64,000 nt of DNA from Lingula anatina (lineage: Eukaryota > Animalia > Brachiopoda): positions 3,782,001 to 3,846,000 of the forward strand of contig CM120645.1 in NCBI GenBank assembly GCA_051362555.1. The letters run 5' to 3'. A program made the position numbers and the translations under genes. This document shows positions 13,400 through 24,735 of this stretch, piece after piece (the stretch's first letter is position 1; each line of letters opens with the position of its first letter). Below the pieces are notes generated by a model. That model was given only the letters and a program-made list of their open reading frames with translations. It was not told the DNA's origin and searched no databases.

Positions 13400-16300
13400 A
13401 TGAACTGGGTTGGTGGTGTTCGTAGTCGAATTAAAAGCCAGCAAGAGAGGAAAATACAAAAGGTAAACTAAAGTGCTCAGTTAGTAGAGGGATAATAAAA
13501 GTCATTGACAATTTACTCCAGAAAACTGAAACTTTCAGTGAAAGAGAGCTTGCCGAAAACGTTATTTTGATGCCAGTGTTAGTAGATCTACGTTAGCATG
13601 AACTTAAGTACAGTTATCGATTGTTATTGATAGAGCCCAACCTTATTTAAGAGAATAATGAAATTTAAAGAATTTGAAATTTCACACTATTAGTCTAACT
13701 CCAAGTTCCCTGAAAATGAAAATAAAAAATTAATTGAACAGTAGTCAATCTTTTATTTAAAGGCATACTTACAAATAATTATATGAGATTTTTTATCCCT
13801 TCTTTCCCAGGAATTCTTTGAAAGGCGAAAATTCTTAAGCAAAATGCATCGCCATCAGAGACAACTTACTTCTTCACCTGAAGGCAAATGTAAAGGCGTG
13901 AGTCAGGATTTACTGGCACTGCAGTTGGTGAATAAGTCCAGTGACAAGATAGTAATGGGTAAATTGTAAATCTGTAAATGTTTTCTAAGGTGTTAATTTA
14001 ATTAAAAAAATAAAATCTTTATTAAACTTAAAAGTCTGTACAAGTATTTGAACACAAGAAAACACTTTTCCATTTAGCAAAGGTGGCTGAATAATGAGTT
14101 TCATGCTAGTTTTTGTATTTCATGTTTGTCATATTGAGTAATAAATAATAAACTTTGTGAATGATTGACATTATATGTATGAAACAGTTTGAAGAGATTT
14201 GAGAAGATCTCTGCATGGCTGTCATTTAGACTTCTTGCCTTTAAATAACATATATTTGCTCCTTTTATAGAAAATGATAATCTTGCTCCAAGAAAGGTGA
14301 AGAAAGTTGACCTTGGTCAGAGGCCAGATCCATTCAGAAGAGAAGACAGAGACCTAGAACTCCCAATGTCTCCAGATTTATCAGAGACGCCATCTGTAAT
14401 ACAGTTGAATGATCTGAGCAGCAGGTAAAGTGTACAAATGTACTAGATTTATTTATTTAATTAAGTTCTGTTATCAAGACAGAAAATTAGGGGATGGGTC
14501 AATAAACTGTTAAAAGAATTGTATGTGAATGATTGGAAAGGAAAACAATAATATTGGAGATGTTGCTTAAAAGCTTCTGGCAGAAGGTGGTAATAAAATC
14601 TGGGGCAGGTGCAGGAAAAAAACAAAACAAAAAAAAATTAATGCAATTGGATATTACTTGTTTCTACATGAATTTTCTTACATTGATCACGGCTTGTCCA
14701 AATATATCAATGCATTTTCTTCAAGCTTTCATTCGGTAGATCAAAAACCTGATAAATGGCATCATTGGAGAGATGGCCATACAACTTTTAAACCAGCAGG
14801 TCAAGTCTTTCAGCAGAAGCCATACTCTATAGAAAGTACCAGCTCACTAGCAGACAGGGTTACTCATGTTGAGCATAACAAACCATTTATCAGATATCTT
14901 GACAAAGGGTCACATTTTGAGGTAAACCTTCATCAACATGTATTTCATTGATAAATGTAAATTAAATAAGTTATTTTTGACAGTATAAATCTGAGAAGCA
15001 TCTTTGTTCAGTTATAAATGATGATGAATAACCTAAAAATTACAAAGTTGCATACATGGTCATCGTTGTTCATGTCTGATTTAGTAGAAAAATAAATCAT
15101 TCAACAGAAGTGGTTTGTTCCAATTTTCAGCTCACATCTGGGCCTGAAGAAGATGATTCAATTTACAAATACCACAAGGGGAACCATGAAGAGTTCAATT
15201 CCACGCCTGCCAAATACAACTTTGCAGAATTTGAACCTGAGGCAAGTGACACAAAATTTATAATAAACAGGTGTACAAATCCTAAGTTATTTTAGTTATA
15301 GTTGTGCAATTTTGCATGCTCACATATACTGGTATATGCAAAAATATAACCTTAAGTTATTTACAAGCTAACTCTCTGATTGAAAAAGTACAAAAGATTA
15401 TTCTTTCTTTTAGGGAATTAATGCTGAAAAAAATTATTTGGCTTGGTTACCTATGGTAATGAACATTTTCCAAGTTTACTTCGTACATATAGAATTTGAC
15501 AAAACTCCAGTATGCATGTGTAGTCAATTGAATATATTATCTTTTCTAATTATAGACTCCATACTTGTCAATGCTCATGACCCCATCAAGTCAACAAACA
15601 GCACCCAAGGCTTACACCTCGGATACCAATCAAATACACAGATCTTCTTCAACTAGTATGAACCTCAAGTATCCCTATGACTCCTCAAAACCTAGAGCAA
15701 ATAACTTTCTGTCTCGACCAGGTATTAGTGCAGAAGAATTGTTCATAACACCAGTGCAGAAGCATCACAAAATGGATAGGTTCCATCCAGCTGAACTGCA
15801 AAGTTTAACATCAAAAAATCATCATGTTGACTTCCATAATCTTTACTCATCTCAGAGTATTACACAAAATGATGCCACCAATAGACATCATACAAAACAG
15901 CCTGAAAGGGGGATGGAAGCCAGGCCAAGGGATGGGAGGTTGTCAGGCTACACACATTACACCCCAAGGAAGGAAAAACCTCATGAAGTGCTTGTGGCTG
16001 ATGGAAATGCTTATGGTACAAAAGACGGACAAGATATCAGACTAAAACGTGATAGAAAAATTTACAATTTAGAACAATATTCAAATGATACAGCACACAA
16101 CCGAACAAATTGGTCCAAATATAAACCAGCTGGATTATGTGACAGAAATTTTAGGGATTTTCCTTCAGGTTATCCCCTGGATACAGCAGATGACCACATC
16201 ACAGCAGTATCAAATACCACACCCAGGAATAGATACCACAGACCTTCTTCAATACTGGAGCATGGTTTAAAAGCTACTACTGATGTGGCCACCAGTACCT

Positions 16301-19300
16301 CTAACAATAAGAAAAAAGACACCCTGCTCTGGGAGTATGAGGAGAGTCATCACAAACAGGAAGTGCCTAAAAGTGATGGTAACATCCTTAACTGCTTGCT
16401 AGATGACGCTGCCTTCAATAAGCTCAATCCTCGTCCACTGAATAAATCCCAAGATAAGACCCCTACTTCAGGACATTCATCTGAGGGTTTTAGTCCACAG
16501 GTGCATGCCCATAGCATCACTGGACAAGAGATGGGTACACCTAAACAGCGCCATGGTAAAAGTTTTGTTACACCCAGGCATAACCAGGACACCTGTACAC
16601 CAAGCCATTCAAGGTATTGATGCATGATATAACACAAAAATAGCTATGTGACTACACCCACACTGCCCAGTCTGAGAAAACATAGATTTAGATTTGTTGA
16701 CCATATCCTCAGCTATGCTGTGCTGTAATGTTTGTAACAGTAAAATTTGTTTTAAAACTTTCTAGTTGAATTTGTATAAAAATTACGCCTGCTAGTAGGC
16801 ATTTAAAATGTTGCCTAGGCAAGACTTCAAAAGTTAAAATTTTGCCTGGGGAGGAGATGTGGATAAAAACTTTCACTGAGTTCAATATGGACTCATATAT
16901 GTATGCATGTATATGGCTATGAGTCACTCATAGAAATGATTGCAAGTGGATGTGCATTGCTTCAGTTGTGACAGGATATGTTTACTGGAACATTCATTGG
17001 GCTGATAATTGACAGATATTGCAGTGCAGGGGCGGATCCAGACATATTTTCTGACTGTCTTCCAAATTATCTTTGTTGATCTGTCCTCCTTTTTATGACT
17101 GTCTTCCAACATAAAAAAATAGATACCTGTCAATGTCAACTTGCAAATCTGACCGTCTTCTGGAAGACCCAGAAGACGGCCTAAATCCGCCCCTGCAGTG
17201 ATTACTATGCCTAAAAAAATATTTAATAAGTAGCTGTTGATACACTTGATAATATATATAGAGTGGAATTAAAAAAAATATTCAGTGAACTTTTTAACAT
17301 ATCAACATATAGCTCATTACTTTTTAACATGATTCTTGCTAAAAAACAAAAGGCTGCTCATCACACAGAATGTTAGAAAATTAAACTCCAATTAATTTTT
17401 TTTTCTAATTCATTTTTAGAGGATTGCAGAGTAGTGAATCAAGTGAGAAACGTGAAATGCAGGTGAGCACATTTTAAAGGTGGTGTTAAATTCTGTAAAG
17501 TGCCAAATATTCTTTAATTATTAAGATTATGAGAGCAGTACATATGTTTTCCTTTAATACCATCCCTGTAAACAGTTGCATGAATTTGGGTTAAAAAGAA
17601 AACTTTTAGTAATGATAAGGATTGCTCTGAGAGCATAATATGACATTTCAAACTGCCCCAAACAGCACACCAGATTGTAAAGATATAACATCATTTCAAT
17701 TTCAGAACTCAATTTCTGAATAATTTAATTATTCTTTCAGAAACCCTCATGCAAAAACGCTGTGGCTTGTGAAGAGATGAATAATAAAGTTAATTCATCC
17801 AAAAATCCTTCTATTTGGAAAACTCCATGTCAGTTCGCTGAAAGCCCATCTTCCAGTGGAACAAACCTTAAAATGCAATCGTCTTTACCAACAGTGTCCA
17901 GTGATACTTGCAAAGCAAACATGCTTCAGATGCAGGGTTTTATTCCTCATGGTCTGGGGACCAAACCATCTCAATCTGATAAAATAGCATCAGCCTGTGA
18001 CACAACAGAGAGGAAGCAAATGACAGATAGTCCAGTAAGGGCAGTTTCAGAGAAAACCAATAGTTTAATGAGCCAGGAAATTGTTCAGAGAGCCGTGACC
18101 TGTAGTCTTATTTCAGGAACAGAGCTTGGAATCTTTGATGTTAACACCAGTGCTGTCATTCCTTCAAACAAGGAAATGGTTCCAGAAGAAAAAATAAAAG
18201 AATGCAACCCACAATATAACAAAAATGCAGTACCAAAGAAGGAAGACCAAACTGATATTGCAAACAACAAAAAACAAGTAAATATGCAGAAAACACATGA
18301 AGATGATTCTCTGAAGAATACTGTTGCACAACCTCCTGAGTCAAGGGAACCTCGAGATAAAGTAATTTAAAGCCACATATTATTGGGGTTTAGATTGTTA
18401 TGCAATACTGATATAAATGCAAATGTGTTCATTCTCTAATGTAATCAACTATTGTGTGTTAATACCTGTCTGTCTGTCTGATATGATTGTGGATTGCATC
18501 ATGTTTTACACTTAATTTCAAGTAATCTGATTAAATCCCTTGTTGATTGAAATCATTTCTGCCAACAACACAGGAATGCATCTCTCTTTAGCAAAATTTC
18601 AGAGCACTAAGGAGATTTATGACAAATTCAGTAAAATGATATTTGTGAAAAATCAATTTCCTGTTTTAAAGAAAAGAAGCAATCAGTAATCACGCAAGAA
18701 GTCCTAATCCCAGTTGTTTCCAATTTCCATTTTCAGAAGATGGATTTGATAGAAACCTCTCTAGACAGCCAACAAAATTGTGCAATCTTCACAGGTAACC
18801 TTATACTTTTAATGTCTTAACTGGCAATTTCTTTCTCTACCGCGAGTTCAAGATTTTATCGGATGAAGGCAAAAGTCATAATAAACTGCACAGAGTTTAT
18901 TACTAGGTGCATGTGATAAACATAAAAAATAGGTTTAAGACTTCTATATATGTAAACTACTAGTCACATTTAATGAATTTAAAAGGAAATGGTCTCATAC
19001 TACCAGTACAAGTTTTGATTTGAATGTTTTTTTAGTTTGTTTTTGATAATATGTTAGTCATTTAAGTCCATTTTTCACTAAGAATACAGATTAAGGTTTT
19101 CTATATATTACCTTTGTTGGTTTTTATTGGAATATTGCTTTTGAATTATTAAGAAATATACATGAATAATTAATGTTTTCAACTAAATGCCCATGCAAGT
19201 CTGTTATGCATTGCATAAATTTATGCTCTGCATGATAACTCTGACAGAAAGTCCACAATTGCAAGCAAAACATAAAGATTTTTCTTTGTACAAGTGTTAT

Positions 19301-22300
19301 TCTCATCTACTACTACTACTATCTCCTATTACGCCGTTGGGCGTCTAGGGCGTCAACAAAGGTCCTCCACTCCTCTCTGTCTCTCGCTAGGTGTTGAATT
19401 GTCCCCCAACTTTCACCCAGTTGTTTCAATTCTGCTTCAACTGTCCTCCTCCATGTGGTCTTGGGTCTGCCCCTTTTTCTATGCCCCTCTGGTGTCCAGT
19501 ACATGGCTACTTTAGTGGTGGAATTTGGGTCTTTCCTCAGAACATGGCCAATCCATTTCCATCTTCTTGTCCTGATGATTTCACTTATACTTCTCTGGTT
19601 TGTTTGCTTTAGCAGATCATCATTAGATATAGTTCTTGGCCAAAATATTTTTAATATTTTTCTGAGGCTTGAAGTGTGAAAAGTAGACAACTTTTTTATA
19701 TCTTCTTCAGTTATGCGCCAGCATTCCGAACCATAGAGAAGAGTTGATAGTATACAGCTCTCAAATATTCTGAGTTTGGTTTTTATACTATATTGAGAGC
19801 ATTTCCAGATTTTGTTTAAGCTCTTAAAGGCATTTCTGGCTTTGGTTAGTCTGTTGTTGACATCTCTACTGGTTCCTCCATCTGTGGCTACAATGCTTCC
19901 TAGGTATGTAAAGCAGCTGGTGTTATTAAGGATGCAGCCTTCCACTTCAACTGGTGGTGGTGATTGTATATTTAATGCCATCACTTCAGTCTTCTTTTTG
20001 CTTATCCTAAGCCCAATTTGCTGACTGAAGATGTTAAGTATGTCAGTCTTCTCTTGTATATGCTGATGTGTGTGGGACAGTAATGCAAGATCGTCTGCAA
20101 AATCGAGGTCTTCTAGAGTCGAGTATAAAGTCCATCTTATTCCTCTTGATGTATCTTCTGTGGTGCGCCTCATTACCCAGTCAATTGCTAAATTAAACAA
20201 GATGGATGACAGCACACAGCCCTGACGCACGCCCGTTTGGACTTTAAAACTCATATTAGTCTCACCAACACAACAGCAGAAGTGACTATAAAAGCATCTT
20301 ATCATCCTAACAACTTTTGGTGGTACTCCGTAATTTCTAAGGATCTTCCAGAGACTATCTCTATGTATACTGTCAAAAGCTTTTTCAAAATCAATAAAGT
20401 TAATAAAGAGCTGTCGTTGCCATTCTGTGCACTGCTCTATGATGTTACGTAGAGCAAATATCTGATCTGTGCACCCCACACCCTTTCTGAAACCAGCTTG
20501 TTCTTTTCTGAGCTCTTTGTCTACTGCATCTGATATTCTATTGGCTATTATTTTGCAAAGTATTTTGCTTGGTATGGACAGAAGCGTTATACCTCTCCAG
20601 TTATTGCAGTCCCTGAGTGACCCTTTCTTTGGTATTTTGACAATGATTCCTTTATTCCAGCTATTTGGAATTTTTTCTTCCTTCCATATTGCAGTGTACA
20701 GGGGTTCCAAAAAGGCTGCTGCTATCTCTGGTGATGCTTTGAATAGTTCAGCATTCAAGTTGTCGTTTCCTGGTGCCTTTCTGTTCTTCATTGACTTTAT
20801 TGATTTAATAATTTCAGTCTTGGTAGGTGTGTTTATGTCAATATCTAAATCTTCTGCTGCTTCTGGTATATTCGCTTGTGTTGTTGGTGGTGGTCTGTTG
20901 AGAGTTTCAGTAAAGTGTTCTGTCCATCTTTTTTGTATATCTTCTTCCTTAGTAAGTAGAGTCCCATTTTTATCTGCAACTGGTGAATTATTGCTCTTTG
21001 TGCTCATTTTTCCACAGATAACTTTGGTGATCTTATAAACTGTTCCTTGTTCATTTCGTGATGCTGCTTCTTCTGCACTCAATGCTAGTTGATCTAAAAA
21101 CTCCCGTTTATCTGTTCTGACAAGACGTTTCACTATCTTATGTGCTTCTCGGTATTCCTCTTGGTATCTTTCAATAAGTCTTTCTGACTTGGCATCTAGT
21201 AATTTCTTTTTGGTGCTGCGCCTGGATTCTATTGCCCTCCATGTGGTTGGTGTCATCCATTCTTTTTTGGTTCTTGTTCTATATCCCAGATATTTCTCAC
21301 TACATTGTTTGTATGTTGAGGCTACTTCATTCCAAAGATAGTCAACCTGTCCTGGTGGTGTCTCTTGTATTTCAAGATCTTCAAGAACTTTAAATCTGTT
21401 CTTTAAGTGGACTGTGAACTGTTCCTTGATTTTTGTGTCCTTTAGCCGTTCAACATCAAATCGTTTCCTTACTTTCTGCTGTGGTCCTGACTTTTTTAGC
21501 TTTAGTCTTATAAAAGCTTCAGTTAGGTGATGGTCACTTCCAACGTCAGCACCCCTTCTCACGCGCACATCTAACAAAGATCTTCGCCATTTTCCATTTA
21601 TCATTAGGTGGTCAATTTGATTCTTGTCACGTCCATTGGGGGATGTCCAAGTCAACTTATGTATTAAGCGGTGGGGGAAGAGAGTGCCCCCTATGACTAG
21701 ATCATTCACGTTGCAAAAATCAACTAAACGTTCACCATTTGCATTAATTTCACCACATCCATGTTTTCCCCGAACTCTGTCATCTTCGAATTGTTTGCTC
21801 CCCACTTTAGCATTTATATCACCCATCACAATGATCATGTCATGTTGAGGTACTTTCTCTATTGTGGCTTGTAAACTGAGATAGAAATTATCTTTTACAT
21901 CGTCTTCTCTGTCGTTTGTGGGTGCATAGCACTGGATCACTGTCAGGTTGACTTGGTTCCCTTTCAATCGTACCCTTATAATTCTGCTGTTAACAGGCTC
22001 CCATTCTAGCATGGAGTGGGTCACTTCTTTTCGTAGGATAATGGCAACACCTTCGTGGTGTTGTCCGTCTTCTCGTCCTGAAAATATTACCGTCTCTCCT
22101 GTTGCTGCTTTTTGTCTGCCAGAGCCAGTCCATCTACATTCACTTATGCCCAATATGTGTAGCTTGTAGCGCTCCATCTCTGTTATAATTTCTGCTAGTT
22201 TTCCAGCTTCATACATGGTTCTCACATTCCAAAAGCCAATTCTGGTTTTAGTCTTTGTGTGCAAAACGCCCATCTTCATGGCAGTAGTTTCCAGGTGGAT

Positions 22301-24735
22301 TTGACCACTGTCAGTCATATAAGTCGACAATGACTCTGGGGGCTCAGCACATCGAGTAGTGTTGAATATCTTTGTTGCCGTTTCCGTAACTGTTATGGTT
22401 TTCCGGGGTGGGGTTGTTGGCCCCACGCCCAACCCCCTACCAGGAGGGCCAGGGTTTTTTGTCAGGGATTTCCTTCCCTTAGTCACTAAATCGGGTTATC
22501 AGGCGCCCGAAACCCGCCTTTCGCCGCTGCCTCTCAGCTTCAGCATTTCCAGGGCCACCACGTGGAGGCGAGACATGCGACTAGCTTGGCAGAGCCTGAT
22601 TGAGACGGTGGACATAACTGAGTTTTGTTGAGTGCTACTTAGTGACATCAGTAGCTCCCCTCAGTGTCCATTTGCCAGCCGTTTGACCCCGTTATTCTCA
22701 TCACATAATGTTTATTTCTTTTTTTATCCCACCAGAAGAACATGAAGAAAATAAATCAGGGGGAAATATGTCTTCGAGGAAAAGCACTGTTAAACTGAAT
22801 GTCAACAGCCTGACCAGTGACTCTTCTGACATTACAAGTATGTGCACCTCAGGCATTGCCAACAAAGAAGAAGAGTCTGACCCATGCAGGGGTGATACTG
22901 TAACAGCTGGAATCCCTTGTGTAATGTCAGTCCTTGGCAATGGAAGTAAATTTGAAACTCAGAGTTTAGTTGACACCACTGAAAATGAAGTCATGTGTGA
23001 CAATGCTGTTTCTGACAAAGATTGCCTTGCAGGAAATGGCAAAATCAATAAAACTGTATCCTGGGATGTACTGAATGATATTTTAAAGACAATTGAAAGA
23101 GATGCTTTTCTTGGTGCTTTTGGATCTTCAGAGGATAAGCCGAAAAATGTAAGCACTGAGAATACCATAAAACCCAGCAACACAAACAAAACATACAATG
23201 TAGTAGAAAACACAGATGCCATTGCTCACTCAACTATGAATGAATTGTTAGACCTTATATGTTATGAGCAGAGGAAGGAAGCTCAGCATCAGAAGCCAGA
23301 AGGAAAAGAATGCAACAACTACAAGAAACCACCATTAACATCTTTTCAGCCTGTTCCAAACCACACGTCTGATGTGGTCTCACTATGTTCCCTAAGACAC
23401 TCAACACTCCCCATACCTACATTATCAGAGATGTGTACTAAAGCCATGACCAAATTTTCACCAGTACCTACTTCCACTGATAGAGAAGTAACTCCAACTG
23501 GAAAGATGGCATCAAAAAATTTACCAGGGCCACAAGAACTGACTTCTACCAGACAGCATATGATACCGCATAAACAAAAAGGATGCATCCACCAGCAGGT
23601 CCAAGTGGACCCATATAAATTGGGTGTACTGTGTCAAACTGCTACACAGTGTGATATTCCCTCTCCTTCAAGTGCACTACTGAATGGGAAACCCATGGGA
23701 CCAGTGCATGCTGTGGTGTCCAAGAGTGTACAAACAGAAATCCATGCGGTGGACATAAATGGTTTTGAAAGTACGAATAAGGTGTCATCCTCTTCTTCAC
23801 AAAGAGAAGGTGGTTGCAGATATTGTGGATGCACCTGCAGTGTAAACAGTCCTGGAAATGTCAATGGGCAGGCTACAGTGTCTCCTACAGCAGTGGAAAA
23901 TATTGGTCCTCTCAGTGGAGGTGATGATTCTCTGTCAAACACCCAGGAGAGTTGTCATTTTCCCCCAGAGAAGGCTTGTCAAGAACATGAGGAATCTACT
24001 TTGTCATCACAAGAATCTGAGCATGGGTTCATATCACAAGATAACAAAAATACTTTTCCAGTTTGTACGAACAAGCCTCAGGAACCTAAGAAGGCTGTAC
24101 TGGAAAAACAAAATGACACTCCAGTAAACCTGCCTACTGAAACACCATCAGCTGACTCTGGTGAGCTTCAGGTTTCATTATCCAAAGATTCTAGTAAGAT
24201 TATCCCACAAGAACAAAGCAAATATACAACACAAGTACCTACAATTGAAACTGTAGCAAAGAAATCTGTCCAGGAATCATCACCTGACAAAGTTTCATCA
24301 CAAGAATTCAAGGGTGAATCTACGAATAATCAAGATTCTTTTCCAGTGCCTGATAAAATGTCCTCACAGAGCTCTTCAAAAGACCGTAATGAGGTATCGT
24401 CACATACTAATAATTTTATTGTATCATTCTCACAAGAGACTGGTTTGCCTTTCTCACAGGACCAAAGTGGTGATTTGTCACAGGCGTCTACTGCCTGCAC
24501 AGATACTGGCAGCATGATTAAGATAGCTGCAGAGGCTCCACAAGTCTCTGCCAACACTGGCCAGAATATGGAAGCCCAAATGACCAGAGGTGCAAAGAAA
24601 AGAAAAACATGTATTAAAATGGAATCTTCTTCTTTGAAAAGAAAAAGTAATGGAGAACATGCCATGCCAGAGCAAAAACAGTACCACCTTCGTGCAGCCA
24701 AAATTAGGAGAGTTGTGATGAAGAATTCAAAGTAA
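13400..24735 (+). CDS. REDIC1: REDIC1/C12orf40-like protein (conserved N-terminus, long low-complexity S/T/Q-rich remainder), about 1497 aa
   Basis: Exons: 13400-13462, 13811-13958, 14271-14424, 14726-14921, 15131-15241 (GC donor), 15414-15455, 15556-16613, 17420-17462, 17741-18361, 18737-18794, 22736-24735. Phases are consistent, total 4494 nt. The N-terminus MNWVGGVRSRIKSQQERKIQK|EFFERRK...VSQDLLAL...ELPMSP matches my recollection of C12orf40 (MNWVGGSRSR...ERRKQKEYFE...VSLDILNL...ELTMSP). The small internal exons are less certain. Confidence 0.82.
17027..17195. mobile_element. 169-bp MITE, copy 1 (CAGGGGCGGAT terminal inverted repeats, 5-bp TSD CAGTG)
   Basis: TIRs CAGGGGCGGATCCAG / CTAAATCCGCCCCTG; CAGTG on both sides; homologous to 53514-53682. 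Confidence 0.85.
19319..22318 (-). CDS. RTE ORF: AP-endonuclease plus reverse transcriptase (999 aa from the first ATG; frame open up to 22486)
   Basis: APE motifs WNVRT, GISECRW, YAPT, GDINAKVG, TWTSP, NQIDH, SDH. RT motifs KAPG.D, NWRGITLL, EQAGFR, FIDFEKAFDS, GVRQGC.LS, FADD, YLGS. C-terminal LLYGSECW, RWKWIGHVLR, GRPKTTW typical of RTE; no C-terminal zinc finger. Confidence 0.95.
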   Translation of the reverse strand: MTDSGQIHLETTAMKMGVLHTKTKTRIGFWNVRTMYEAGKLAEIITEMERYKLHILGISECRWTGSGRQKAATGETVIFSGREDGQHHEGVAIILRKEVTHSMLEWEPVNSRIIRVRLKGNQVNLTVIQCYAPTNDREDDVKDNFYLSLQATIEKVPQHDMIIVMGDINAKVGSKQFEDDRVRGKHGCGEINANGERLVDFCNVNDLVIGGTLFPHRLIHKLTWTSPNGRDKNQIDHLMINGKWRRSLLDVRVRRGADVGSDHHLTEAFIRLKLKKSGPQQKVRKRFDVERLKDTKIKEQFTVHLKNRFKVLEDLEIQETPPGQVDYLWNEVASTYKQCSEKYLGYRTRTKKEWMTPTTWRAIESRRSTKKKLLDAKSERLIERYQEEYREAHKIVKRLVRTDKREFLDQLALSAEEAASRNEQGTVYKITKVICGKMSTKSNNSPVADKNGTLLTKEEDIQKRWTEHFTETLNRPPPTTQANIPEAAEDLDIDINTPTKTEIIKSIKSMKNRKAPGNDNLNAELFKASPEIAAAFLEPLYTAIWKEEKIPNSWNKGIIVKIPKKGSLRDCNNWRGITLLSIPSKILCKIIANRISDAVDKELRKEQAGFRKGVGCTDQIFALRNIIEQCTEWQRQLFINFIDFEKAFDSIHRDSLWKILRNYGVPPKVVRMIRCFYSHFCCCVGETNMSFKVQTGVRQGCVLSSILFNLAIDWVMRRTTEDTSRGIRWTLYSTLEDLDFADDLALLSHTHQHIQEKTDILNIFSQQIGLRISKKKTEVMALNIQSPPPVEVEGCILNNTSCFTYLGSIVATDGGTSRDVNNRLTKARNAFKSLNKIWKCSQYSIKTKLRIFESCILSTLLYGSECWRITEEDIKKLSTFHTSSLRKILKIFWPRTISNDDLLKQTNQRSISEIIRTRRWKWIGHVLRKDPNSTTKVAMYWTPEGHRKRGRPKTTWRRTVEAELKQLGESWGTIQHLARDREEWRTFVDALDAQRRNRR
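22513..22690 (-). ncRNA. Candidate HDV-like self-cleaving ribozyme at the 5' end of the RTE element
   Basis: The minus-strand RNA starts GGGGUC(A) exactly at the TSD boundary and pairs with (U)GGCCCU (22557-22551), with a G1.U wobble. P3 is GCC/GGU closing L3 UCCACGU; P1.1 is CC/GG; P4 is UGCUG/CAGCG; J4/2 is GCGAA (putative catalytic C at 22523); P2 UGUCU/AGGCG is imperfect; J1/2 is long and structured. Confidence 0.72.

Larger units (their letters stand above)
19308..22690 (-). mobile_element. Full-length RTE-clade non-LTR retrotransposon (LINE) in the last intron of the REDIC1-like gene, antisense to the host
   Basis: Target-site duplication GTTATTCTCATC at 19296-19307 and 22691-22702; 3' tail of (TAG)5; a single uninterrupted endonuclease plus reverse transcriptase ORF; GC-rich structured 5' UTR. 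Confidence 0.95.

Noticed and set aside
15565-18370. ORFs 15565-16620, 17762-18370 and 22708-24735 as separate intronless genes
   Set aside because: Each is bounded by phase-compatible splice sites that join them into one REDIC1-like model.
19294-22631. Several plus-strand ORFs over the RTE
   Set aside because: Antisense shadows of the long RTE ORF. The same applies to 12332-12887 over ABCD and 22959-24824 over REDIC1-like.
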